A stretch of 64,000 nt of DNA from Camelus dromedarius. Taxonomy: Eukaryota. The stretch lies in contig NC_087437.1 in NCBI RefSeq assembly GCF_036321535.1, forward strand, positions 27,096,001 to 27,160,000, given 5' to 3'. Shown in pieces: positions 28,166 through 41,929 of the stretch. The notes beneath the pieces are model-generated. The model made no database searches. It was not told the origin of the DNA and was given only the letters and a program-made list of their open reading frames with translations. The translations under genes and the position numbers were made by a program. The stretch's first letter is position 1. Each line of letters begins with the position of its first letter.

Positions 28166-28687
28166 TGTTACAGAAAAATGTGTTACAGCTCGGTGTTACA
28201 GCTTAGTTGCGACAGCAACCTGGATCCGGGCGAGAGACCAAGCAGCATTCGGAGAGTTGGAGAACTCAGGTTTATTAGTCAGCAAGCCCAGAAGAGTTAA
28301 TACTCCAAGCTCTGGACCCCAGCTTAGGTTTACACAAGTTTTTATAGACTGCCAGTTTACACTTTGCAACATCATATGCAAATAAGGTATAACAAAAGTT
28401 GACTAATTAGGAACAAGCTTTGTAGAAATGGACCAATCAGGAGGGAGAGAAATAACCAATCAGGAGTGATCTCCATGCAAATGAAGTACTACAAATGGAC
28501 CAACCGGGAGTTAGCTTAGGGAACGAATAGAATTTTAGGGGTAATTTCCACTTTCCTAGAAGCAAGCCATTTCAGAGACAAAAAGTGAGATAGAGCCGCT
28601 GGGCCAGGGAACCGGTTGGTACTGGCAGGAGAGTAGTGGCCCTGTCTAGGGGTCCTGCTGGTCTTTTTTATGTGGCTTCCCATCTCA
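28166..28687 (-). mobile_element. Young-looking ERV solo LTR
   Basis: TG...CA termini, TSD-like tcaa/tcat; minus-strand TATAAAAA (28339-28346) and AATAAA (28271-28276); CCAAT boxes at 28433 and 28456. Confidence 0.8.
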
Positions 28688-29834
28688 TCATAAGACTCTT
28701 ACCTGCTCCTTCTGTGTTCAGGTCCTACTGAATGTCTTTGGGTTCCTTAAATCCACCATGTGTCTCTTCCCTCAGGACTTGTAGCATGTTCCTACTACCT
28801 TCAGGCTTTTCCCCTGGCCTCAGCTGGCTAACACCTACTCATCTTTCATGATTTCCAGGAGGTGCTCCCAACCCCCTCCTTCCCTTGTCCCTAATGCTAC
28901 TCCCTTCAGAGAGCCCACAGATCACAGGCACTTCTTCTTGTGTATTTGTCTATTTGTACTTACTAGGTTTCGAGTCCTACCATGCCAGGAAATTTATCTA
29001 CCTTATCCTCCACTGTGTCCCAAAGGCCTGTTAGATATTTAATAAAAGTAGACGGGTTTTAGTTATAAAATGACCCCTAACCTCACAGGTGAGCAGCTCT
29101 GGCTCAGACACTTGGTCTTAGCCCAGAACTAGTTAGAGGCAATGTGGGGACTAGAACTCAAATCACCTGGTTTCCTGGGCAGTGTTAACCTTCACAAACC
29201 CACAGAACCCCCACGTGTTCTTTGTACTATTACAGTCAATTTGGGGCAGTTTTTTTTAAAAGTGCAAACCTTTAAAATACCCAGGTGGAAAAGTGTACAA
29301 TTCGAAACTTGGCAAATTTCATGAAGTAAAACATTAGTTTTAATAACTAAACATAACTAAAATACATATAATTAGTATAAACTTTTCCCTAAACTTGGTG
29401 TAAAAGTGGTCACACTCATTTTCCTTTCCCAGTGAATCACTTAAGCCCCTACCTGCCTAGTAGGCACAAACTCAACACACAGGCTGCTGTGCCGAGCTTT
29501 CCAAGATAATGCACATCCTGGTTGCTAAGTGCCCCTTGTTTGGATTCACAAAACAGCTCTTAGCCTGTTCTGTTTTCCTCATAGCTGCCCCAAACTGGCA
29601 TCCACCACCTCTCAGACCCAGCACTACTACCGTCTGCCTTCCTCCCAGGCTCTGGCACTTGAGGGAGATTTTTCCCTTAAACACTCAGAACACAAAGAAT
29701 CTGAAAAGGGGTGCACGTTTCCCCTAGACACTGTAGCTACCTGCCCTTCTGACCCGGTGATGTAGCTTCTAAGAGAGACAGCGCTAAGAATTCCCAGGTG
29801 CCCTAAACATGCCCTTAGGGAGTGTGGTCCTTTT

Positions 29835-30330
29835 AATAGCTGCCTGCAAATTCCTCCCCACACCCTCTTAATGTAACAGTAACTTTGCTACTTCTCCTCT
29901 CAAGAGGTGGAGTCCATTTCTCCACTCTTTGCAGTTGGTTGTGAGTCATGTGACTTGTTGTGACCAATGGGGCGTTAGCAAACACGTAAGACGCGGTACA
30001 AAAGCACTCGCACGTGGGGCGGCTTGCCTGCTGGGAACCCCGCGGTCGCCACGTGCGGAATCCTGGGCTAGTCCTCTGGCGGGTGCGAGGCCGCGTGGAG
30101 CCGGACGAGCCCGAGCAGCTGCAGCTGAAGGTCCTGCACCCGCCAGTCAGCCGACCCGCTGCGGGAGAGTGAGCGCGCAGCCTGCCCACCACCCACCGCC
30201 CTCAGGGCGGAACCCCGGCCCAGGACTGAGGACCCGCGCGCGCAGTGTAAGCGAAGTAAAATGGTGAGTGTTTTGTTTTACAAGTCACGAAGTTTGGGGG
30301 TGGTTTGTTACACGGCAATAGATGGCTGAG
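29835..30330 (+). mobile_element. MLT1-family MaLR LTR with a CpG-island-like core
   Basis: MLT1 motifs tcaagaggtggagtccatttctcc, catgtgacttgttgtgaccaatgg and end aagtttgggggtggtttgttacacggcaatagatggctga. Confidence 0.8.
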
Positions 30331-31499
30331 GTAAAAGTGACTTTCTTTTCTAACCTAGGTAGTGCAGTAGCTGGAACTTCTCTAAAGAAACGAATAATCA
30401 CACGTTTGCTACCCCTCAGGTACAGCCAGCAGCACCCTAGAAACAGATGGAGATAAATACAGTGGTATACACAGACATGCCGGAGAGGGCTTTTTTTTTT
30501 TCTTTCTTTCTTTTTTTAACGTTAAAAACAAATTCCTCTATGGAGTGCGAATATATTGGGCGTAGGGGGAGTGAAGCCGTCCTTTAACTTTAGCTCTGTG
30601 TGCACCTGTATATAGATATTTTGCAACAAATACATATTGACGGTATTACCTGAGTTGTTTTTAAAGGTAAATAAATACCTATATATATCATGCTGAAGAG
30701 CTTTCATTATGTTCCCACCTTGTGGTCTGGAGGACTCAGTCCCTTTCCCTCAGCCGCAGCCCTGTGAGGTTTCCCTTCTGGAGGCGAGAGGAAATGTGCT
30801 TAAACGTGGCTCAACACGGGCTGCCTTGCAGCGGCTGGAAAACTCTCTGCTCCCCTTTCAGCTCCTGGGTCCCCTGGTAGGAGTAGGGTAAGCGGTGGGC
30901 GGGGGCGGCAGAGAGAAGGTGAGGAGAAAGGGATGAAGAAGGAGGAAGTAGAATGTGTTCTGCCCTATTCAGATGCTAAGAAATAATCTTAAATTTTCAG
31001 GGGCAGTGCCCAGGGGCTTGTTCTGGTCTGTGCCGTCATCCCATTTGCTGACCCAGAGCCCCTTTCAAACCTCACTGGATGACGCAGTGGGAAAGTTGCG
31101 GGAGCTTAGATCTCGAATGCAGAACAGCTGCAAGCTGACGGGGTCTGAGCTTCTAAAGACGAAAGAAAAAAGCAGGAGTTTGTGTAGGAAAAGACCATGG
31201 CTGAGCAGAGAGGAAAATCTAGGTGGCTCAATTTCTATACCAGGGATGAGTTTTATATGGAAACTTTATGAAAGTTCGTGTTTCTTCTCCTGGTTTAATT
31301 TTATGAGCTCTTCACTTTCCGGCCCAGGTACCAGTAGTTAGTTATAAAGCCCTATGATTGCTGAGATTTCTTTCTTTTCATTTCTTTGGAGAACCCATTT
31401 CGTGGCATTTCGCTCATACGGATGAGCTCTCAAAAACCTCTCTCCAAAATCAGGGGTTAGCACCTGGTTTCCTAATTCTAGAATTTCAACTGTGAAATT

Positions 31500-32270
31500 A
31501 TATGGAATGTGGAATATACATAAACCATCTTCTCTGTCCTTTTTAATATTTCGGTATTTTTGAATTGAAATTTTCAGTCTGTTGTCTCTTTTAACATTGT
31601 AAGCATAGTTATTTTTAAGTCTATGCCTGATAACTCCAGTATCCAGTGTGTTTCTTTCATCTCTTTTTCTGCTTATTTGTTGTTGTTATTGCTCATGTAA
31701 TCTTGTCACTTGGTTATTTTTTGTTGCATGCCAGGCATTATTTGAAAAACTTTGTGGAAGTAATTTGAGGTTTAGGATTATCTTTCTCTGGAGAGGAATT
31801 ACATTTGCTGCAGGCAGGAATCTAGGAGAGGTGGTAATCCGGGATCACCTTAATCCAATTTCAGTGATTACCACGATTCAAAGCTAGATTACATCCCTAC
31901 ACGGGCTGTTCCACTTCACCCTGTTTAGAATGCAGCTTTCTGGGAACTGGTCTCAAGTGTGGGGGTTACCAGCACCTCTCCCCTGTACTTGGTGGGCTCT
32001 GAGTCTCATTCTTTTATTCCCTTAGCCAATTCAAGGCTGTCAGAAATCTTGCTCGGCTTCTCATTTGCCTCTTCTAGAATTGGTAAATGCCCAGGAACAC
32101 AGCAAGTCCAAATGCACCTCTTTAGATTTTTACCTTCTCTGTTGTTTTAACTGCTTTGCCAGCTTAAATGCCTTTAAGTGGATTTTTAAAAACTAAGTTT
32201 TTGTAGAGGTCCTCAGTGGGAAAGTTCATCCAAATTACCTACCCATCATTACTGGGGGTAGGAGTCCTTC
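31500..32270 (-). mobile_element. Old L1/HAL1-like 5' fragment
   Basis: Shares the gtaatttgaggttt...gcaggcagg motif with the element near 5700. Confidence 0.5.
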
Positions 32271-32389
32271 ATGTAAAGTGGCAACAGTCTTGGATGGGAA
32301 TATATAAAAGGTGGATTTATGGGAACAAACACATGAAATCTCAGCCTTAGGAGAGGAAATAAGATTTCAGCTCTAGGAAGGAAGCTGTA

Positions 32390-32810
32390 AAGAGTACACA
32401 GGCTAGGTTGTAACAAAGAGAAATACAATAATTCAAATAAAAATCACAGTGTGTTAATTTCTCCCACATGTAACAGTCCAGAAGAAGGTGGTTTAGGTTC
32501 TTGAGGCAGCTCTAATTCAGAAGCATCTGAAGACCCAGGTTCTGTCTGTTCTGTGGCTCCACCAGAGCAATGGGGTCCTCATCCTCACAACCAGGTACCG
32601 TATTAGCATTCCATCTGGGGAGGAGGGGAAGAAGAAGAGGAAGGCAACCAGGTTTTTTGAAAAAGATATAATCTGGAGATTGCATGCATCACTTCCATTC
32701 ATGTACTCTTGGTCCAAACTGACTATTTGCAGAGCCATGTCTAGTTGCAAGAATGGATTGGGTATGTGGTTTCTCGCTTGTAAGGGTGGGATGGATCCTA
32801 AGGGACAGTG
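32390..32810 (-). mobile_element. Old MLT1 LTR
   Basis: ggctaggttgtaacaa...gacccaggttct...catcacttccattcatgtactcttggtcc. Confidence 0.65.
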
Positions 32811-33894
32811 AATAGTCTGTCATGGGCCCTGGTTAAGAGTGGGTAGAGATGATATCTCATATCCAGGATGGGCTAATGGGACAAAGAGGAAAGACACCAG
32901 TTTGACTTCGCACAAAAATAGGGGCACCTGATGTTTCTGTGTAGTAGAGAGGATGAATTGGATGGAATGTGGCCTCTCTCTCTGAAAGAGGTTGCAGTTG
33001 TGTAAAAGGTCATCACATGTCTTCTTAGAGACATCAGGAAAGCCCCACATGGTGAACCTGAGGGGTTTGGGGCTGGGGGCCAAGGGGCATGACTGGGGTG
33101 GTATTGGAACTGAGCCTCTCATTTGGAAATGAAACTCTTCCCCACTGTCCACGGTCTCATGTGCATGGTGCCCCTCCCCACTTTCTCCCCATCTCTTGTC
33201 AGGCTCCCCAAAGGATTCTGACCCCCTTGCTCTGAAGCATCTTCACCACTGACCCACTAGACCCAGGCTGTCCACCCCGATGCTCTCGCTCAGCTGGGGA
33301 TGCCAGAAGCCAAAACCCTTGACTAAATCCAGCTGTTCTACTTTATTTAGCCTTACCTCCCGTGAAAGTATTTGACTTGGCCTTCATTGAAGATTTTTTT
33401 TCCTGTTACATCAATGGCTTGAAAATTTTTTATTTAACTTCAGCAAATATTGGAAATAAAAAAACGAATTCTGCAGAATTTCACAAATAAATTTTTCAGT
33501 CTCTACTAACAAATGTTACCATTCAATGGCTAAGCAATTATAATGCTATAACATTCAGCATAATGAATGTGCTGAAATAGAAAACAGGCAAAAGGAGACA
33601 TTAAAATATTACTTACAACAGCGTTGTTTTCTTTAAAATTCCAGCATGGATTTTTATCACTTTAGAAGATATGCAGCATTTCCATTATATTGTGCCAACT
33701 TAACCTTATACATCTTCTAAAATCTTGAAAAAATTTTAGGCAATCTAAAAAAGCACTTAGCAAAGTTGACAAGTCTACATAATGGAATCCTGTCCACTCC
33801 AGGATAGATTTTAGTCTTAGCAGAAGGTATAGCCACTCATCATCATACAACATGCATAGATTGTACTGACTGTGTGTGAGGGAAGATGAATTTG

Positions 33895-34080
33895 AGTGGT
33901 GGTTGTCAAACGTGAGCGTGCCTCAGAATTACCTAGAAGGCTAGTTAGGATACAGGTTGCCTGGCAGTGCCTCCCCAGAGTTTTGATTCTGTGGATCTGG
34001 GGTAGATCTGAGAATTTTCCTAACAGTAACCTGGATGATGTTGGTGTTACTGGTCCGGGGATCAAACTGAGAACACTCTC
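33895..34080. mobile_element. MER5A-like MITE
   Basis: gtggttgtcaaac...cagaattacctagaaggc...ttttgattctg...tgagaacact. Confidence 0.8.
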
Positions 34081-35689
34081 TGTTGTGCTGAACTAGCTTG
34101 AATTGTCTTTATTTCTAAGAGTTGACAAAAAGGGGTGCGAATAACAATAATAATATAAATGAACACTACATTTTTAGTTGTAAAGTTCTGGAATCCTTCA
34201 CCATGGTATTGCCGAAGGGATTATTCAGTCTAGACTAGATAAACTCCTTAACATGGATGAGCATAATCACTTGACTTTTGATTTCCTAATACCCAGTTTC
34301 TCTCTCCCCACAAATTCCAACAGAATATCCTGGAAAGCCGCTTAAAGCTCTTCACTTGAAGCATATCTGATAAGCAGATTTCACTGTGTGTTTACTTCAA
34401 AAAGATAAAGGCAGTATATTATTTTTAAAGCTTTTTATTTCTATTTTAACGAGAATTTTTTGAGTATAGGTCTTCGTTCTTCAGGACAAAATAAAACATG
34501 ATTTATTTAGTTGTTTCCTCCCCTCTAAACAAAATTAGGAAAGATTGAATTTACTAAGTGAGGTACTTGAATTTCCATATAGTGATTTGTAGAATGGAAT
34601 TGAAAACAAGGATTGATCAATTTGAAAACAATTGTTTCCTGAGGAAATTACCAATAACTGGATGGAATGTGCAGACTTTATTTTTGATTATTGGTATCTA
34701 CCACTTGGCTGAGCTTTGGATTGGTTTATTTCCAATTCCAAGTGGCATTTAGCAGGCAGGTGGGGAAAAGAGAGGTGCGATCTTTAACCCTGCAGCTGTA
34801 TTGCAGTTGGCCCCAAGTGGAACACAACTGGGAAAAGGGGAAGGAGCTCAATTGTGAAGAGAAGAAATGTGGGACAAGCAGGGATGGCAAGGTCCAGGGA
34901 GGAGGCCGCCATTCAGGTCACCTGCCAGGAAGCACATGGCTCATCCGGTGTAGCTCCCATTATCTCAAATCTAATATGGTGGAAATCCAATATGATGGAA
35001 ACAAGCTGGAGGTACTGTTTCAAAGAAAATTTGGTAACAATCTTTATATTAGGTTCAGAGCTAGGTTACTGCAGTCATTCAGAAATCCAGGTGAAGACCT
35101 CAAATGGAGAGAAAAATAAGAGTCAAGAGACCCATACAGGAGAAGATTAGGTAGGACTCTGGCCACCACCCAGCAGTGTCTCTGAAACATTCAGGGATGT
35201 AGGTGTCATGCGGAGAAGTAACTGTCAGTCGAAGCTCCACCAGTTGTCTGGGCAAGCATGTTGTGGAGAGGGTCAGCAGTTTCTCAGCAGTTAGATGCTG
35301 TTTCAGACACTGCCTGGGCTGACCAAGTGACTCTCCCTGGAGCTGAGTTTTTTTGGACACCAGATGCTTCCTAAAGCTGCCCACTCAGAATGTCTTAAGT
35401 AAATGGAAGACCTCAAATCCTAAGAAGACTTGAGAGTCTTTCCCTCTGAAAAGGGGTACCTCTTAAACAACTTTCATAGAGTCTAGGGTTACTGCCTTTG
35501 TAAGAACTATGCAAAAACCTGTTGTTGCTTTGCATCGCAGAATTTATGTATTTGCTTCACTGACCTGATAAAGGAACTTGAGAGATGGCTGTGGAGAGTA
35601 TCAAACAATATTTTTTCCAAATATGTATGCTTTTTTTCCCCCATTTTTAATTGGGTTGCCTTTTTATTTATTTATTTATTTTTATAGGA

Positions 35690-36125
35690 ACATATGTATA
35701 TGTTCTTTATTGACTGTCTTAAAAAATTATTGTTAAAGTACATATTAGCACCTCCCCCAGGAAACTCCCCTTTTGTCCACCCCTCCCCCACTTCTAGCCA
35801 CGCCCCCTGCACAAGGGGAATCCGTCTTAATATCTAACAGTATTGATTAGTTTTGTCTGTTTTTGTCCTTTATATAAGTAGACTCATACAACATACACTC
35901 TTTTGCATGTGGCTTCTTTCATTTTTATTGCTGTGTATAGTTGTAGATTGTGTATTCTTGTGGCTGTGTAGTATTCAGTGTCTGAATATACCAGTTGATT
36001 GATTATTTTGTTGATGGATTTGGGGGTAGCTTCCAATTTGGTACTATTAGGAGTCATGCTGCTGTGAGCTTTCTAGTTTATGATTTCTGGTGAGCCTACG
36101 TTCACATTCTGTTGGTACTTTATTT
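35690..36125 (-). mobile_element. Old L1 3' fragment
   Basis: catacaacatacactcttttgcatgtggcttctttc...gtagcttccaatttgg. Confidence 0.7.
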
Positions 36126-36559
36126 TTAATTGTAGGAATCCATCTCCACTATGCTCTCCGAGTCAGGAATTAATGGTCGTTGCTGTGAGAAATTAAAGGC
36201 GAGCAACTGAGTGTCTCTAATGACAAAGCTCAGGGAGGGCTGAAGATAGTTCACGTGGCTTTGGCATTTGGCATTGGCAAAGCGACTCTGTCCAAACCTC
36301 AGCCCTTCCCATGCATTCTCTTGTTTAGCCCTCCCCAGAGGAGCTCCATTTCCGTCCATTTTACAGATGAGACTGAGGCTTAGAGAGGACAAATGTCCTG
36401 CCCCAAACCCCATGGGCAGCAGGTGGAGGAACCAGAAGTGACCCCAGTGGTCTGGCCCAGGAGCCGAGCCCTTTGTCACTAGGCTTTGTTGCCTTTCCGT
36501 GTCTCCATCCTTCCGTCTCTACCGGTAGGGTGGATTCTTCTCATTTACATTCACATATG

Positions 36560-37872
36560 CCTCGTCTTGCCATCTTAAATTCAACTCTCCCTTGACCTCA
36601 CACCTTCTTCCAGCCACTTCCCTCACTTCTGCTCTTTACCTCCTTAGTTCTTGAAGGAGTTGCCTACTTGCATCGTCTCCATCTCCCCCCCCCCCCACAC
36701 CCTCTCAGCTCACTCCAGCCTGGCTTCAGCCCCTAGCACTCAACCATACGAGATCTTGCTGAGGTCACCAGTGACCTCTGTGGCTAAATCCAGTGGTTGT
36801 CACATGGCACATCTCGGCAGTTTCCAGTATTATTGATCACTCTCCTTGAAACTCTCTTATTTCTTGACCTAGTTAACTCTCCCATTTCTCATCATATCTG
36901 TTTAATTTCTTCTCAGCCTCTTCTGCTGGCGAATCCTCTTCTGTGTGACCTTTAAGTATTGCAGTGACGCATGCCTCGTCCCTGGCTCCCTTTTCTTCTA
37001 ATCCATACCTTTCCCCTAAGTAAGATCTTCTCCACCCAAGACCACATTTACCGTCAACACCCTGAGCACCCCACACATATACCTCTAGGATCTTTCCTGT
37101 AATTCCAAACGTGTATAGCAAACTGCCGGCTCCACCTGGTATTTCCTGGGCATTTGACCTTAGCTTCTCGGGAATTAACTCATGACCTTCATCTGCAGCC
37201 TGCTCCTTCCCAGGGATTTCCACAGTCGAGTCTACGATACCATCATCCATCCAATGGCAGAATCATCCTTGATGTCTTCTACTTCCTGGCCCCCAGATCT
37301 AATCATTCCCTAAATTTCTTCAAAATTTCTCCTAATTATCTCTCAAATCTCACTACTGTTTCCAACCTTATACTTAAGTTACCTTCTCTCTGGCCTGGAA
37401 TACTTTAAATTGCTCCCTGAAAGGTCCACTTTTATTTCCTCTTTGCAGTCTTCAAATGCCTCACAAGAGATGCCCTGCAGCTGCCCCGCCCACTTTTAGT
37501 CATCACATCTGCTTAGCCCCTACACTTTCACTTCAGCGCCTCCTCACACCACAGCCTGCCTTCTTCCGACTGTGAATCCATCCTGCAGATTGTGGCTCAA
37601 ACTTCCCTTCCTCTGGGAATCCTTCTCTGAGCTCCCAGATGAAGTCAGGACCCTCTGTTACATGACTCACGGTCTCCGTCACTTCCCTTTCACAGAGCCT
37701 TTCATGATTAAGTATTGCATCATGTCAACAGCTGCCTAGTCAGCCTCCCCTGAAAGACTATTAAACTCCATGAGGACAGAAGCTGCCTCCCTGTGGCCAT
37801 CTGCCCTTTCTCAGCACCCAGAACAGCCTCTTCCCTCTAACTGTGGCTCCAGTCAAAGAATGAATGAATGAC
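36560..37872 (+). mobile_element. L2 fragments
   Basis: gaggtcaccagtgacctctgtggctaaatccagtgg...aaactccatgaggacag...gaatgaatgaatg. Confidence 0.75.
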
Positions 37873-38094
37873 TTGCCATCTTGAGAATTTTCAGGTCCAT
37901 CACTTATAATTGTTCCTTACTCGTATCTTATCTGAGATGTTTAGACTGTTAGTAGAAGTAAGACGAGGTTATGTTAATTTGGCTTGTGTGGCTACTGTAT
38001 TACTAGTATCAAGAAGAAATGGTTTTATACCTTTAACATTAGCTATCAGAGACATCCAAAACCAAGCCGCAGGGAGACACTACTGCATTCACGA

Positions 38095-38780
38095 AGATGG
38101 CTGTGTTGGGAAGAATGTGGAGAAATTGGAACTCTCATATGCACTGGGAATGCAAAATGGTGCAGGCACTTTGGAAAACAATCTGGCAGTTTCTTGATAG
38201 GTTAAACGTCAAGTCACCATGTGACCAGCAATTCCACGCTTAAGTTTTTGCCCAAGAGAAATGAAAACAGATGTCCACACAAAAACTTATACGTGAATGT
38301 TCATGTCAGCATTATTTATAGAAATCAAAAAGTGGAAACAACCTAAGTGTTCATAAACTGATAAATGGATAATTAAAATGTGGCATATCTACACAATGGA
38401 ATATTCAGCAATAAGAAGAAATAGTTACTTATACAAGCTACAATATGGATGAACCTTGAAAACATTATGCTGAGTGAAAGAAGCCAGTCACAGAGCACCA
38501 TGTGTTGTGTGATTCCATTTTTATGAAATGTAGAGTAGACAAGTCTGTAACACAGACAGACAGCAGACTAGTGGTTGTCTAGGGTCAACAGGGTTTGGGG
38601 AGTTGGGGAGTGACTGCTAGCAGGCATGTGAGTTCTTTAAGGAATAATGAAAATGATCTAGAGATGACTGTGTTGCACATCTCTGTGAACATACTAAAAA
38701 TCACTGGATTATACCCTTTAAGTGGGTGAATTATATGGGATGTGAATTATATCTCAATAGACCTGCTTAAAAAAAAAGAT
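38095..38780 (+). mobile_element. L1 (L1MB/MC-like) 3' end
   Basis: gaatgtggagaaattggaactctca...gaaccttgaaaacattatgctgagtgaaagaagccag...atctcaat plus A tail. Confidence 0.9.
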
Positions 38781-41334
38781 ATTGTACTTTTGAGGGTCAA
38801 CTGAAAGCACACCACCGCGACATTATTAACAAGAACTAATGTAACAACAGTATGGAGTGCTGACCTGCTGTCTGCATGTGGGTCTCCACTCCAGAGTCCT
38901 CTCTCTCAGATCCTGTGCCCCTTTGCTTGGTTTCGATGAGACATGTTTATGTCTGTCTCCTCCCTTGAATTGTGAGGTCCTGCATGAGCTCAGAGCAGCT
39001 GGCTCTGATTAAATGGGTTAATATATGCAATGCACTTAGCATTGTGCCTGGCACGTTGGAAGTGTATAATGAATCCCATTATCCCAACTAAAAATTAGCA
39101 AATTTTATATGGTTACAGAAAATACAGAGCCATGGCTTATGTTTTGCAATTTAAGTGGTGATTATTTGAATACTTTCGACAGGTCTACTATATATCCAAT
39201 ACACTTATTTTTTCCTTCTGGGAAGTTGAGGGGCACAGACCTCCCTCCACTCCATCAGCATCCTATTACACCCATTGCAATAATATAGACGAACGCTAGA
39301 GGGCAACATGCAATTGCAGTTAAAAAAAATCACTTGAATACAATATCAAAGGAAAGTGAAATGTCTTCTATTAATATAGTGTCTTACAATATTCTTCTAT
39401 AGGAGGGAAATATTACTGGATCAGAGGTGTTGCTTCTGGAAGGATGGCCTCAGGATTACTCAGATTCGCCCTACCTGTGCCTGCCTTGAGAACCATGTCC
39501 TCACACGCTGTGCGCTCAGTGTACCAGTCCTCATGGGAACACTTAGCCTCTCTTGGGAGTTGGTCCCTCTGATGGGAGGCGTTTGAGAGCCCCCATTACT
39601 ATGGTGCTGCATTTCAAAGCACTTTAATATAATATCTTGTCTCTGGGAGGCCCATTGTGCTTCAAATCCTAGACTTCTCTGAGATCGCTGATGAGCTGCT
39701 GTTGAGGTTTACGTGTCCCCATTTGAAATGAGTCCCCCAAGGTCAGGGACCATATCCCATCTTCATTTTTGTGTCCCCAGAAGTTTGCCATGCTTGGCAT
39801 GTCCCAGTGAAGCTGAATAAATGTCTACTGAATTAAACTGCTTTGTGAGCTGAAGTTGGAAAAAGAGGGAAATTAGGACCACCTTGTGCATGAGTAATGG
39901 GACTCCCCACAGTGAAGTTTCTTTAATTGTTTTTTCTATGCTGTAAAAGCAGTTCATGCTCATAATGGAAAAAGCAAGCAAAAAGAACATTTAAATTACT
40001 CATAATCCCATCTATCCAGATCTGGAGATGCCACAGCTCCTTATACCTTGTGTCAGAGCATAATCTATAAATATGTGTTACATGTGTGTACATATATGCA
40101 GTGTTTACATCGATGGCAGCATGGAACGTAGCATTCCATAACAGGATGGTATTATCTTTAGTTAACTAATCCTCCTCTTTTGGGAATTCAGCCTATTTCT
40201 AAATTTCAGAAATTAGAAATCGGTTAAAGAGCAGCCTGGTGAATAACCTTGTAACTAAGTCTTACCCACATTTTTTATTAATTCCTTAGGATAAATTCCC
40301 AGAAGCAGAATTGCTGGGTGATGGGTAATTTACATTGTCACCAACAATGACAGTGCCCTTGATCAGATGAAAAGTTTTAATGAAACATCACACAGAACTC
40401 TATAATCTCACCTCAGTAGTGTCATCACTACTCAAAACATTTAGTGAACTCTGTGTTTGGTGATCCAGGCTATGACTAACACTAGAAAATAAATCTTAAT
40501 CTCTCATCTTGCCTTTGATCTTGGACTATTCAGAAAAATCTAATTTACCAGGAAAGGACAAAGAAAACAGCCGTGGAGGATATCCATGTAAATGTGCCAC
40601 CAGGTGTCAGGAGGTAAGATAAACACTTCCCACAGTGGAGCAGGGGACACATCAGAGCACATGTTAGGGGCTCCACAGGCCAGCTGTCACTGTACGTGTC
40701 CTGATAGAATTAGTTAAAAAGTTGTTGCACCCCAGGTACTCTCCAGGTACATCCCTTTTGATGCTTTTCCAATCTGAACATTTTACTCCTTTCACCCATC
40801 ATTTTTCCAAGTTTTTTTTTTGTTTTTTTTTTTTATTTAGATGGAATCACCTGCTTCCCCGTCATTTGAAGACCTCTCATGGGTTGCAGCAAGGAAGGCC
40901 CTCTTAACTGGTTTCTTCCTTAAAGGTTCCCGAGCTCCTCCTTCTTAAGATCTTAAAGATATACACAAAGAACTGAACATTTAAAAATATATTTATAGGG
41001 AGTTCTTCATGGAAGGGTAGGGAGAGACAACAGCACCCAGATGGGGCTCGGTGTTTCTGTGTGGAGGGCATTAGGCGTGGTTCTTGATTAAAGGCAGTGC
41101 GAATAGAGGAGTGCTGGTTTTTACTATGATTATATGTTTATTTGGAGAGATCTTGGTGAAGAGCTGATTATTTTATGGAGGGAAGGGGCTGAAAGTAACT
41201 CAAGCCTCCCACTGGGGCCCCCATTTCTATGACGTTATGCTTAGGAATCCTCAGTGCTCTTGGTAGCCTAGCAAATAAAGCCATGATGCTCGGACTGACA
41301 TTCACGGCTCTCCACAGCGTAACTTTCCCCCTAC

Positions 41335-41880
41335 TTCTCCAGCCTTAATGTCTCCTGCTCCTTACATAGACCTGTGTGGATGCTCTGCGTCTTTCGCCCC
41401 AGCCCCTTTCTCCAGCTGCTGCTGTGGCAGCTAGCTTTGCACCCGTGTGGCCCCCTGTCTCTCACTGTAGCTGCACAGAGAATCGTTGCTTTCTGCCTGA
41501 CCTCTCCCTGACTCTCTAGTGTGAGTTGCTGACACTCTGTCCCCTGGTTGCGTTCTGGACGTGCGAGGGACGGACCACACTGTGAGGTGGCCTCTGACAC
41601 ATGGGGGATGGGACCCGGAGGGTGAAGACCCTCTCCTGTCCCTCAGTTGGGCCATTCTGAGGCCCTTGTACACAGCTCTACAGAAATCTCTGGTGGGACT
41701 GTACCCCAGACGCCTGCAGTGGAGACCAGCTGATCATGCATTCTCGTGCTGGCCTTCTTTCTTGCTTGTTCCCCCCTCCCCAGCCCCTCACCCCCGTCCT
41801 CTGGGGTCATTTCCCCAAATACCCAGCATCTAAGCCTCTTCTCATGCTGTACTTGCTTGGCGTGGGGCAGGGGAAGCCAA
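41335..41880 (+). mobile_element. ERVL LTR (LTR16-like)
   Basis: gggccattctgaggcc...acacagctc...ggtgggactg...ggtcatttccccaaata. Confidence 0.65.
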
Positions 41881-41929
41881 CAGTCCCCATCCTATTTTCT
41901 GATTGGTTTCCTTGTTTGTCTCTTCATTT

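Noticed and set aside
30490..31490. Possible processed pseudogene (T-run at 30490-30517; minus frame ending ...NQEKKHELS*)
   Set aside because: No poly(A) signal near the A-run, no TSD found, an internal stop, and no protein I can recognise. BLASTX would settle it.
33390..33870. Possible exon or transposase remnant (minus-strand GTAAGT near 33611)
   Set aside because: Stops in the frames checked and no recognisable homology.
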